From: Spirochaetota bacterium
Lineage (GTDB): Bacteria > Spirochaetota > Spirochaetia > Treponematales > UBA12059
NCBI GenBank assembly: GCA_003247225.1
Contig: QKAK01000028.1
Coordinates: 7,289 to 71,288, forward strand
Length of the DNA: 64,000 nt
Direction: 5' to 3'
Shown: positions 27,406 through 35,328 of the stretch, one piece after another
Layout of the letters: the number at the start of each line of letters is the position of its first letter
Numbering within the stretch: position 1 is the first letter of the stretch
Translations under genes and position numbers: made by a program
Notes under the pieces: generated by a model
The model's input: the letters and a program-made list of their open reading frames with translations, nothing else
The model's database searches: none
Told to the model about the DNA's origin: nothing

Positions 27406-27963
27406 ATGGCAGACAAGACGTACCTGAGCGATATAAAGGAGATCCGCGTCGACGAGAACAGCCCCCTGTTCGATAAGACCGGCATGCTCTACAAGGAGTT
27501 CCCCTCGGATTACCGGCAGATCAGGTACTTCACGCTCCTGATCGTTCAGTCGGCCCCGCTCGAGATCAAGGAGATCAACCTGCTCGAGCAGCAGATCAGC
27601 GAGGTGATCAAGAACGGCGTCAAGCACGGCAACCGCTGCGACGCGGCCAAGAAGGTGCGGGTCTGGTACTCCTTCGATTCCACGCACGCCCACCTGATAG
27701 TCCAGGACGAGGGCGAGGGCTTCAAGGACCTGGAGAAGTGGAACGAGTTCAACCGGAACCGCCTCGAGATACTGTCAGCCCAGGACTTCGAGAGGCTGTC
27801 CGACTACGTATCGTTCAGGACGCAGAAGAGCGACGACAACGACGGCGGCAACGCGCTGTTCGCCGCCCTCGAGTACTGGAACGGCGGCTTCGTGTTCAAC
27901 GAGGCGAGGAACGCCGTGGCGATGCTGAAGAGCTTCCCGCAGAAGAAGCACGCGATAGGCTGA
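27406..27963 (+). CDS. HATPase_c anti-sigma-factor-like serine kinase (RsbW/SpoIIAB-like)
   Basis: N box EVIKNGVKHG, G1 VQDEGEGF, G2-like DGGNALF. It immediately follows the STAS gene. Confidence 0.7.
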   Translation: MADKTYLSDIKEIRVDENSPLFDKTGMLYKEFPSDYRQIRYFTLLIVQSAPLEIKEINLLEQQISEVIKNGVKHGNRCDAAKKVRVWYSFDSTHAHLIVQDEGEGFKDLEKWNEFNRNRLEILSAQDFERLSDYVSFRTQKSDDNDGGNALFAALEYWNGGFVFNEARNAVAMLKSFPQKKHAIG

Positions 27964-27991
27964 GCCCGGCGTCGCGCCGGGCGAGGATCGA

Positions 27992-28022
27992 GGGCGGCCC
28001 CTACGGGCCGCCCTTTTCTTTT
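27992..28022 (+). terminator. intrinsic terminator after the partner-switching operon
   Basis: GGGCGGCCC-ctac-GGGCCGCCC followed by TTTTCTTTT. Confidence 0.7.
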
Positions 28023-28051
28023 CGGCGGTCCGCGCGGCGGCTCGCGGCGGG

Positions 28052-29296
28052 CTACGGGTTGACGATGCGTATCCCCTCGACCGAGTCCGCGTCGTCGTCG
28101 GTGAAGGGGCGGCCGTAGAGGTACTCGAACAGGAACCTGAAGTCCTCGGGCGCCATCATGTGGAACTCGATGCCGAAGTAGCCCTCCTTCGTACCCGCGT
28201 AATGCCTGCGTATCGTGCCGCTCGCCTCGACGGTGCGTTTCTTCGCCCTCAGCCGCACCGACACCGCGGTGCCTTCCTTGAGCGCCTGGATGAGGCGCTG
28301 GTCGCCGCAGGCGAACAGGAGGCCGCCGGCCGATACGTCGACCACCTGCGTCCGGTAGTCGTCGTCGAGCCTCGGCGCGTCCTTGAAGTAGCCGTGGAGC
28401 TTCAGCGACCACGAGAAGACCCGGGCGAAGGCCAGGAAGGTCTCGACGGTGCGCAGGTCGAAGGGCGGCTTTCCCGCCTGCCTGTTGACTACCGCGGCGT
28501 AGCCGATCGCGTAATCCTGGAACAGGATCGGCACGATAAGCTCGGACAGCACGTTCGCGGAGCGCTTGGACCGCTCGAGCCTGACGATCTCGTCCTCCGC
28601 GAAGTCCTCCTCCATGCCCGAGTCGATGAAATGCTGCTTGAAGTCGTCGCGGGTCAGGATGGTACGCTCGGCGAAGGGGTCGCTACGCGGCAGGCCGCCG
28701 AGCGCGGTCGGCAGGTAGAAGCAACGGCCGGTCGCGGCCGCCAGGCGCTCGGGGACCGTCTCCGGCTTGCGGTCCTTGAACATCACGATGCCGCGGTCGC
28801 TGGCGACGGCCAGGGCCTTGCGCTCGAATTCGGCCATCAGGCCGCGCAGGTCCGACGGGTCGAAGTACGGCGACGGCTCCGGCTCGCGGGACGGGCCCGA
28901 GCCCGAGCTCGACGGGAAGTCCAGGTCGTAGCGCTCGCCGGCGAACGCGAAGGAGGCGGCCAGGTCGCCCGGGGGCGGCAGGCGCACGAAGCGCCTGCTC
29001 AGGTTCTTGTACAGCTTCTCGGGCATCGACGTGGCGAAGCGGCGTTCTCCCGGCTCGAGCATCGTCGCCTTGAAGGCTATCGTCTGGCCCCTGACGTTGT
29101 AGCGGAAGTCGAACGAGGCGCCTTTCCGCTGCAGGTCGAGCGGCAGCTCGTGGCCGAAGCTCAGCTTGTCCTTCTCGACCGCCAGGATGCGCACGGTCCA
29201 TTCGCCGCCGCCGGCGCTCATCGTTATGGGCGAGCGCTCGCGCATCGCCGTCGACAGGAGAAATTCTCGCTCTATGTTTTTTACTAGCACGGCCAT
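28052..29296 (-). CDS. PilZ-like domain protein (possible c-di-GMP receptor, noncanonical motifs)
   Basis: 414 aa. There is a C-terminal DVSAGG (DxSxxG) and an N-terminal RRFVR (RxxxR), but they are not in canonical pairing. SD GGAGGA. Confidence 0.45.
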   Translation of the reverse strand: MAVLVKNIEREFLLSTAMRERSPITMSAGGGEWTVRILAVEKDKLSFGHELPLDLQRKGASFDFRYNVRGQTIAFKATMLEPGERRFATSMPEKLYKNLSRRFVRLPPPGDLAASFAFAGERYDLDFPSSSGSGPSREPEPSPYFDPSDLRGLMAEFERKALAVASDRGIVMFKDRKPETVPERLAAATGRCFYLPTALGGLPRSDPFAERTILTRDDFKQHFIDSGMEEDFAEDEIVRLERSKRSANVLSELIVPILFQDYAIGYAAVVNRQAGKPPFDLRTVETFLAFARVFSWSLKLHGYFKDAPRLDDDYRTQVVDVSAGGLLFACGDQRLIQALKEGTAVSVRLRAKKRTVEASGTIRRHYAGTKEGYFGIEFHMMAPEDFRFLFEYLYGRPFTDDDADSVEGIRIVNP

Positions 29297-29357
29297 CGGG
29301 ACGATCCTCCACTAGCATTGTGCCCCAATCGCGATGATTGTTCAACGTTTTTGTCGA

Positions 29358-30191
29358 TTATTCGCCGATCTTGAATATCGCGCCGTACGGGTCCCACGGC
29401 TCCGACCGGGGCGACGCGCCTTCGATCGCATCCGGATCGAGCTCCAGGTGCTCGATGATCCATTCGCCGTCGTCTCCGGGGGCGATGATGGCCAGCCCGA
29501 CGATGGCCCGGGAGCCGCTATCGTCGGCGAAGGCGCGGAACCGGACGCTGGCGACCGGTCCGGGCCCGACGACCGGCGTCGCGAAGCGTACCCGGGCGAA
29601 CCGCAGCGGGAACGCGTCGCCGAATCGGGCCCGAGCCAGGGCGGCCGCCTCCGGTCCCATCGACCCGTACGGCGGCTCGCCCGATAGGAGGCCGCGCTCC
29701 AGCTCGAGCATGGCCTCGTCGCGAGCGGCGTCGGCCGGCTCGCCAGAGCCGGGGCCGTAGAGCTCGCCGAGCTCGAAATCGCCGGCCGGCGCCGCGTCGA
29801 AGGGCCGCTCGACGAGGCGGCGGTCGCTACCGGCCAGGCTCGCCGAGACGACCGCCTTGACGGCCTTCGCGCCCGTCCCGGCGGCCGGCGAGGCCTTGGG
29901 CGACGCCTTCATCGCTACCGGCTTGTCTGCGGGCTCGGCGCGCGCGGCGTCGGCGCGCGCGGCGTCGGCGCGTACGGCGTCGTCGCCGGGCTCGGGCTCG
30001 GCGCGCGCAGCGTCGTCGCGCGCAGCGTCGTCGCGCGCGACTGCGGCGCTAGCCTCGGCGCCGACGGCCGCCTCGGCCGGCGCTCGATCCGGCCGCTCGC
30101 GGCTCCTCGAGCAGGCCTGGGCGGAGACGGCGGCCGCCAGTACGATGGCGGCGATCATAATGCCGTATAGTCGAGATCGGCTCGCTTGCAT
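29358..30191 (-). CDS. putative lipoprotein with acidic Ala/Asp/Arg repeats
   Basis: Signal peptide MQASRSRLYGIMIAAIVLAAAVSAQAC, with a Cys after the hydrophobic core. Repeats DDAARDDAAR and ADAARADAAR. Confidence 0.5.
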   Translation of the reverse strand: MQASRSRLYGIMIAAIVLAAAVSAQACSRSRERPDRAPAEAAVGAEASAAVARDDAARDDAARAEPEPGDDAVRADAARADAARAEPADKPVAMKASPKASPAAGTGAKAVKAVVSASLAGSDRRLVERPFDAAPAGDFELGELYGPGSGEPADAARDEAMLELERGLLSGEPPYGSMGPEAAALARARFGDAFPLRFARVRFATPVVGPGPVASVRFRAFADDSGSRAIVGLAIIAPGDDGEWIIEHLELDPDAIEGASPRSEPWDPYGAIFKIGE

Positions 30192-30248
30192 CGTGGTATA
30201 GTATCCCCAGACCGAGCCGGTCGATCAACCGGTTCGGACGGAGGCACC

Positions 30249-31490
30249 ATGGACGACATCTGGCAGCGTCTCGGCATCGCGTTCGACGAACCCGTCAGGG
30301 ATCCCCTCTGGCGCAACGTGATGATGCCGGCCGAATTCGAACCGATCCTGACGAGCCCGGATTTCGTCAAGCTGTCGCGCATTCTCCAGCTCGGCCCGAC
30401 GCACCTGGTCTATCCCGGCGCCACCCATACCAGGCGGGCTCACTCCATCGGCGTCTTCGAGCTGGCCAAGCGGTCGCTCTCCGCCGTCCTGTCGCGGTCC
30501 GGCCCCGTCGCCGGGCTCGACGGCGCCGCGGCCAGGGGCTTCCTCGTCGCGGCGCTCTGCCACGACCTCGGCCACTTCCCGTACGCCCATTCGCTCAAGG
30601 AGCTGCCGCTGCGCGAGCACGAGAGCCTGACCGCCGATATCGTGCGCGGCAGCCTGCGCCCGGCGGTGGAGGCCGCCGGAGCCGATCCCGAGTTCGTGGC
30701 GGCCATCGTCGACCAGGGCCTGCCGGCCCCGGCGGGGTCGGGCTCGGCCGCGCTCGGGTTGTTCCGCTCGATGCTGTCCGGCGTGCTCGACCCTGACAAG
30801 CTCGACTACCTGAACCGCGACGCGTGGGCCTGCGGCGTGCCCTACGGCCAGCAGGACGTCGACTTCGTGCTGCAGCAGCTGGGGCTCGACGAGTCCGGCC
30901 GGCCCGGGGTGGCCGAGCGCGGCGTGATGGCCGTCGAGGCGCTGCTGTTCTCCAAGTACCAGATGTACCGTGCGGTCTACTGGCACAGGACGGTCCGCGC
31001 CGCGACCGCGATGATCAAGAAGGCGGTCATAGGCGCGCTCGAAGGCGGCGCCGTCGAGGCGGCCGAGCTGTACGGCCTCGACGACGGAGGCTTCTACGCG
31101 CTGATGGCCGGCCCGGGCCGGGACGGGAGCGGCCTCGTCGCGTCGGTGCTCAACGGTACGGTGCTCGGCTCGTGCCTCGAGCTGGCCTTCGACCCCGGCC
31201 GGGACGAGCACGTCCGGGCGGCCGACCTGAGCCTGCGGCCGCGCCTCGAGGACGCCATCGCCGGAAGCTCCGGCGCCGATACGGTCATAGTCGACGTGCC
31301 CGAGCCCATATCCTTCGAGTCGGACCTGCCGATACTCGGGACCGGCACCGGCTTCTCGGCCTACGCGACGGTGTTCAGGCCGGAGGTGGTCGCCGCCTTC
31401 ACGCGGTCGCTGCGGGTGATACGCGTATTCTCGGACGGCGATCCTGAGCGCGTCTCGGCGGCCGCCCTCGAAGCGCTGGGCGGCCGGTGA
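30249..31490 (+). CDS. HD-domain phosphohydrolase (COG1078/SAMHD1-like architecture)
   Basis: Internal ATG behind GGAGG. Motifs: THTRRAHSIGV, CHDLGHFPYAH, DKLDYLNRDAWACGVPYG. Confidence 0.8.
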   Translation: MDDIWQRLGIAFDEPVRDPLWRNVMMPAEFEPILTSPDFVKLSRILQLGPTHLVYPGATHTRRAHSIGVFELAKRSLSAVLSRSGPVAGLDGAAARGFLVAALCHDLGHFPYAHSLKELPLREHESLTADIVRGSLRPAVEAAGADPEFVAAIVDQGLPAPAGSGSAALGLFRSMLSGVLDPDKLDYLNRDAWACGVPYGQQDVDFVLQQLGLDESGRPGVAERGVMAVEALLFSKYQMYRAVYWHRTVRAATAMIKKAVIGALEGGAVEAAELYGLDDGGFYALMAGPGRDGSGLVASVLNGTVLGSCLELAFDPGRDEHVRAADLSLRPRLEDAIAGSSGADTVIVDVPEPISFESDLPILGTGTGFSAYATVFRPEVVAAFTRSLRVIRVFSDGDPERVSAAALEALGGR

Positions 31491-32272
31491 GCTCCGGCTG
31501 GGAGCCGTCCCCCGAGCTGGCCGACGCGGCCTCCGGGCGGCTTAAGGGCTACTTCGAGCGTTTCATGTCGGCCGCCGGGGCGGGCACGCATCGCCATCGG
31601 CTGATACGCGACGGCGACTCGGTCCTCGTCGGCCTGTCAGGCGGCAAGGACTCGCTGGCCCTGCTCCTGTTCCTCGAGCTGCGGAGGCGGCGGGTCAAGG
31701 ACCGCTATACGCTCAAGGCCGCCCGAGTCGACTGGGACGAGCCGCCCGCCGCGCCGGAGGACATGGCCGCGATCGCCGGCTTCTGCGCCTGGCTCGGCGT
31801 GCCGTTCATCGAGGAGCGCCGGCCGACGCCTGAGTCGCTGGCCGAGCGCGGCCTATCCTGCTACCGCTGCTCGAGGGAGCGGCGGCGCGTCCTGTTCGAG
31901 CTGGCCGATCGCGAGGGCTGCGGCGTCGTGGCGCTCGGCCATCACCTGGACGACTTCGCCGAGACGGCGCTGATGAACCTGTGCAAGCACGGGCGCCTCG
32001 ACCCTATGCGGCCCGAGGCCGTATTCTTCGGCCGTTTCAGGCTGGTGCGCCCGCTCTGCGACGCGCGCGAGTCCGCGATCCGCGCGGTGGCGACCAGGCT
32101 CGGCCTGCCGGTCGTCGGGAACCGCTGCCCCCTGGCCGGCTCGAGCCAGCGAGGGGCCTACAAGGCGGCGCTTGCGGAACTCGCTAAAATCGATACACTG
32201 GTACGGGAGAACGTATGCAAGGCGGCGTCGACGGCGTCGCCGTACCCGGAGGAAGCGCATGGAGATCCATAA
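31487..32272 (+). CDS. PP-loop ATPase, TtcA-like tRNA thiolation enzyme
   Basis: PP-loop VGLSGGKDS, Cys motifs CYRCSRERR and NRCPLAGS, HHLDDFAET. The GTG start overlaps the HD gene stop (GTGA). Confidence 0.7.
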   Translation: MSSGWEPSPELADAASGRLKGYFERFMSAAGAGTHRHRLIRDGDSVLVGLSGGKDSLALLLFLELRRRRVKDRYTLKAARVDWDEPPAAPEDMAAIAGFCAWLGVPFIEERRPTPESLAERGLSCYRCSRERRRVLFELADREGCGVVALGHHLDDFAETALMNLCKHGRLDPMRPEAVFFGRFRLVRPLCDARESAIRAVATRLGLPVVGNRCPLAGSSQRGAYKAALAELAKIDTLVRENVCKAASTASPYPEEAHGDP

Positions 32273-32960
32273 CCTGATGGAAGACCTCGTCGTCAAGACG
32301 GTGGACGAGCTGTTCGACGCCGAGGCCAAGGGCTCGACGAGCGCGTGGTGTACCTGCAGGCAATGCCGCATGGACGTGGCCTGCTACGTTCTCAATCGCC
32401 TCAAGCCGGAGTACGTGCTGTCGGGGCGCGGCGTCGCTTACTCGGAGAACGACTACGGAGAGAAGCTGCAGCGCGTCGCCGACGTCGTGTCGCTCGTCAA
32501 GGAGGGCTGGTCGAGGATCAACGCGGCTCCCCGTCCCAACCATCACTGCGGCTCCAGCGGCGACGAGAGCTGCTACGACCAGGTCAAGGGGCCCGCGTTC
32601 AACTTCAGGCCGATCATGGGGCGCCTGTTCAACGGCGACAGCTTCGAGCCTATCGTCGACGCGGAGGTCTCGCTCGTCGGCGAGTCGGGCCCGATCGCGA
32701 TGATAGACGATAACTGGAGCAATCCGTATCGCCTGGCCAGGAACACCAACGGTACCTTCACCTTCTGGCCGCGGCCGCTGGCCTGCGAGCGGGCGGGGGA
32801 GAGGCGGCGCTTCTCGATGACGGTCAAGGCGAGCCCCGACGGTTTCGAGGATCTATCGCATTATATGGAATTCGAGCTCGTCTCCGACGACTCGCCCGTC
32901 TACCAGCTGTCGATGCAGTCGGCTCACCGGCTCCAGGACCTGTACGTGTTCGCCAAATAG
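32259..32960 (+). CDS. ComFB-domain protein with extra C-terminal domain
   Basis: ATG behind GGAGGAAG. NLMEDLVVKTVDELF...CTCRQCRMDVACYVLNRLKPEYV is the ComFB signature. It overlaps the previous gene by 14 nt. Confidence 0.6.
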   Translation: MEIHNLMEDLVVKTVDELFDAEAKGSTSAWCTCRQCRMDVACYVLNRLKPEYVLSGRGVAYSENDYGEKLQRVADVVSLVKEGWSRINAAPRPNHHCGSSGDESCYDQVKGPAFNFRPIMGRLFNGDSFEPIVDAEVSLVGESGPIAMIDDNWSNPYRLARNTNGTFTFWPRPLACERAGERRRFSMTVKASPDGFEDLSHYMEFELVSDDSPVYQLSMQSAHRLQDLYVFAK

Positions 32961-32969
32961 TGAACGGGG

Positions 32970-33215
32970 CTAGCGCCCCATCAACGCCCGCAGCTCGGCG
33001 GCGGGTACCAGGTCGAGGTACTGGAGCACGTCGAGCTCGCCCCGCTCCTCGACCCGCCTGATCTTGAATACCCTGTAGGCTATCATCCTGTCGCCGGGCG
33101 GCGGCAGGGGCAGGGGATAACCGTTCATATCGACCAGCTCGTCGACGCGCAACAGCCTCTCGGTCTCCTGGCGTTCTCCGTCCGGATAGACGAGCCAGCG
33201 GGTTTCTATCGTCAT
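32970..33215 (-). CDS. hypothetical small protein
   Basis: 81-aa ORF with a promoter-like sequence directly upstream. No motif recognised. Confidence 0.4.
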   Translation of the reverse strand: MTIETRWLVYPDGERQETERLLRVDELVDMNGYPLPLPPPGDRMIAYRVFKIRRVEERGELDVLQYLDLVPAAELRALMGR

Positions 33216-33221
33216 GGGCGG

Positions 33222-33250
33222 ATTCTAGCCGGACGATAGCGTCAGCGCAA
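33222..33250 (-). promoter_or_regulatory. putative promoter (leaderless) of the 81-aa ORF
   Basis: On the minus strand: TTGCGC (33250..33245), 17 nt, TAGAAT (33227..33222), then 6 nt to ATG 33215. Confidence 0.35.
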
Positions 33251-33419
33251 GCCTCCAGCGTTCCTAGGCAACGCGAGCCGGCCGTGTCGGCGCGTTCGCC
33301 TCTCGGCTATAGGTCTAAAATCGCTAATCCCGTCGTTTTTACCGCTCTCGTACTAAACGCGCGTGTAGTTAAACTCGCTAAAAATAATTCTGTCGAGTAA
33401 TCCAATGACGATGATTCCG

Positions 33420-33447
33420 TTGACATTGTTAGCCCGTACGGTAGTAT
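33420..33447 (+). promoter_or_regulatory. dcw cluster promoter (Pmra-like)
   Basis: TTGACA (33420..33425), 16 nt, TAGTAT (33442..33447), in an AT-richer 278-bp intergenic region. Confidence 0.55.
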
Positions 33448-33458
33448 ATAGGAGGATT

Positions 33459-33493
33459 GTGGGAAAAAGTGGGAGAAAAAGGGAATCAGTGGA
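33459..33493 (+). promoter_or_regulatory. MraZ-box array (10-bp-phased GTGGG repeats)
   Basis: GTGGGaaaaaGTGGGagaaaAAGGGaatcaGTGGA sits between the -10 and the mraZ ATG. Repeats begin at 33459, 33469, 33479 and 33489. Confidence 0.5.
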
Positions 33494-33937
33494 ATGGAAC
33501 TGGTAACAGGCGAGTTCAGGAACACGCTCGACGACAAAGGACGGCTCTCCTTGCCGGCCAGGCTGCGCGCCGGCCTGCCGGAGGGCGTCCTCGTCGTCAC
33601 GCAGGGCGTGGACCGCTGCCTGTGGCTCTTCACCCCGGAGCGCTGGAACGCGCTGTCCGAGCAGCTGTTCGCCACGACGAGCCTCTTCCACCAGCAGGCC
33701 CGCCTGATCCAGCGCCGCATCATCGCGCCGGCTCAGGAGGTCGAGGTAGATAAGGCCGGCAGGATCGCCATCCCCCAGTCGCTGCGCGAGTACGCCGGCC
33801 TGTCGAAGGACTGCGTCGTGCTCGGCATCACCAAGCGGCTCGAGATCTGGGACGCCGATAGCTACAAGGCGTGGATCGAGGCCACGGAGGCCGAATTCGC
33901 CGCCGCTTCCGAGACCCTGGACATTCAGAACCTATGA
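33494..33937 (+). CDS. mraZ: division/cell wall cluster transcriptional regulator MraZ
   Basis: FRNTLDDKGRLSLPARLR and VEVDKAGRIAIPQSLREYAGL form the two SpoVT/AbrB-like halves. Confidence 0.95.
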   Translation: MELVTGEFRNTLDDKGRLSLPARLRAGLPEGVLVVTQGVDRCLWLFTPERWNALSEQLFATTSLFHQQARLIQRRIIAPAQEVEVDKAGRIAIPQSLREYAGLSKDCVVLGITKRLEIWDADSYKAWIEATEAEFAAASETLDIQNL

Positions 33938-34926
33938 GCGACCGGAACCAGTCCTTCGGGCACGTACCCGTCATGCTGAACGATACCCTCGAGCGCCTCG
34001 TGCCGCCGACGCCGGATTGCCTCCTTATAGACGGCACGCTCGGCCTGGCCGGCCATTCGAGCGCCTTCCTGGCGCGGTACCCCGGGCTCCGCCTGCTCGG
34101 CGTCGACGCGGATACCGAGGTGCAAGCCATAGCCGGTGCCAGGCTCGAGCCCTACGGCGGGCGGGTCGGCCTGGTCAACGCGTATTTCGACGAGTTCTTC
34201 GCGGGCTACGCCGCCTCCGTCGCGCGGGGCGAGGCCGAGCGGCCGGGCCTCGTGCTGTTCGACTTCGGCGTGTCGATGTTCCATTTCAGGGAGTCCGGGC
34301 GGGGCTTCAGCCTCCAGGGCGACGAGAGGCTCGACATGAGGCTGTCGCCCCGCGCCGAGCGCACCGCCGCCGACCTCGTCGCGGAGCTCGACGAGCGGGA
34401 GCTGCTGCGTATCATCTCCGAGTACGGCGAGGAGCCGTTCGCCTACAATATCGCCAGGGCTATCGTCAGGGAGCGCGCCGCCGCGAGGATAGACTCCACG
34501 GCGCGCCTGGCGGACATAGTCCGCGGCGCCGTGCCGGCCAAGGCCCGCTACGGGCGCATCCATCCGGCGACCAGGACCTTCCAGGCCCTGCGCATCGCCG
34601 TCAACGACGAGCTCGGCCGCATCGAGCGGGTCCTGCCGGCGGCCGTCTCGTGCCTCGCCGAGGGCGGCCTGATCGGCTGCATCAGCTTCCATTCGCTCGA
34701 GGACCGCATCGTCAAGCGCGCCTTCCGCTCGCTGGAGGTGCGCAAGGAGCGAGCCTACTTCAAAGAGGATCGCGATCGGCCGATACCTCTAGGAGAGGCG
34801 GAGCGCGGCCTCGTCATCCTGACCAAGAAGCCGGTGGAACCGGCGGACGACGAGGTTGCGGCTAATCCCGCGTCCAGGAGCGCCAAGCTCCGGGTCGCGA
34901 GAGCCGTAGGAGGGGCGCGATCATGA
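33934..34926 (+). CDS. rsmH: 16S rRNA m4C1402 methyltransferase
   Basis: Internal ATG with an ATGA overlap with mraZ. Motifs: HVPVML, IDGTLGLAGHS, DFGVSMFH, FHSLEDRIVK, NPASRSAKLR. Confidence 0.9.
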   Translation: MSDRNQSFGHVPVMLNDTLERLVPPTPDCLLIDGTLGLAGHSSAFLARYPGLRLLGVDADTEVQAIAGARLEPYGGRVGLVNAYFDEFFAGYAASVARGEAERPGLVLFDFGVSMFHFRESGRGFSLQGDERLDMRLSPRAERTAADLVAELDERELLRIISEYGEEPFAYNIARAIVRERAAARIDSTARLADIVRGAVPAKARYGRIHPATRTFQALRIAVNDELGRIERVLPAAVSCLAEGGLIGCISFHSLEDRIVKRAFRSLEVRKERAYFKEDRDRPIPLGEAERGLVILTKKPVEPADDEVAANPASRSAKLRVARAVGGARS

Positions 34927-35037
34927 TAGGAACGATCGGCTTGGCCGAGTTCGTCATGGAAGCCGTGGCCGTCGTCGCGTTAGGCGTCGCGGCAGCGGCC
35001 TGCGTACCTCCCGTCCCCCGCCGGGGAAGGTCCCGCG

Positions 35038-35328
35038 GTGAAGAAATTCTGGCTGACGCTCTTGGTCCTGTCTATTCCGTGCATGCTGGTGCTGACGGCC
35101 GCCCAGGGCGCGAGGTACTACGCAGTGACGGTCGAGCTGCGGCGCCTGGAGGCGGCGCAGGCGGATTGGGTAGAGGAAAACAGAAGGCTGCTCGCTGATA
35201 TAGCCGTGGCCAAGTCGCGCGCCAGGGTAGGCGCGTCGATGGCCGAGGCCGAGGGCTACCGTATGGTAGGCCCTAAGACGACGTTGAGGATACGGGTTAA
35301 GCCCGGGGCGGAGAAACGGGATGGATGA
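35038..35328 (+). CDS. ftsL: FtsL-like cell division protein
   Basis: 96 aa with a GTG start, a single N-terminal TM (FWLTLLVLSIPCMLVL) and then a coiled coil. It occupies the position between rsmH and murF. Confidence 0.55.
   Translation: MKKFWLTLLVLSIPCMLVLTAAQGARYYAVTVELRRLEAAQADWVEENRRLLADIAVAKSRARVGASMAEAEGYRMVGPKTTLRIRVKPGAEKRDG

Noticed and set aside
27058-27963. Visibly lower G+C over the STAS and kinase genes (and over some flagellar genes), considered as a sign of horizontal transfer.
   Set aside because: The dip coincides with Lys/Ile/Asn-rich conserved proteins within an intact operon. There are no flanking repeats or mobility genes, so amino-acid composition explains it.
34923-35198. 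91-aa ORF starting in the rsmH-ftsL gap.
   Set aside because: After a short hydrophobic start it becomes Gly/Arg/Ala-rich and overlaps ftsL out of frame. The FtsL-like frame (GTG 35038, TM plus coiled coil) fits the locus better.
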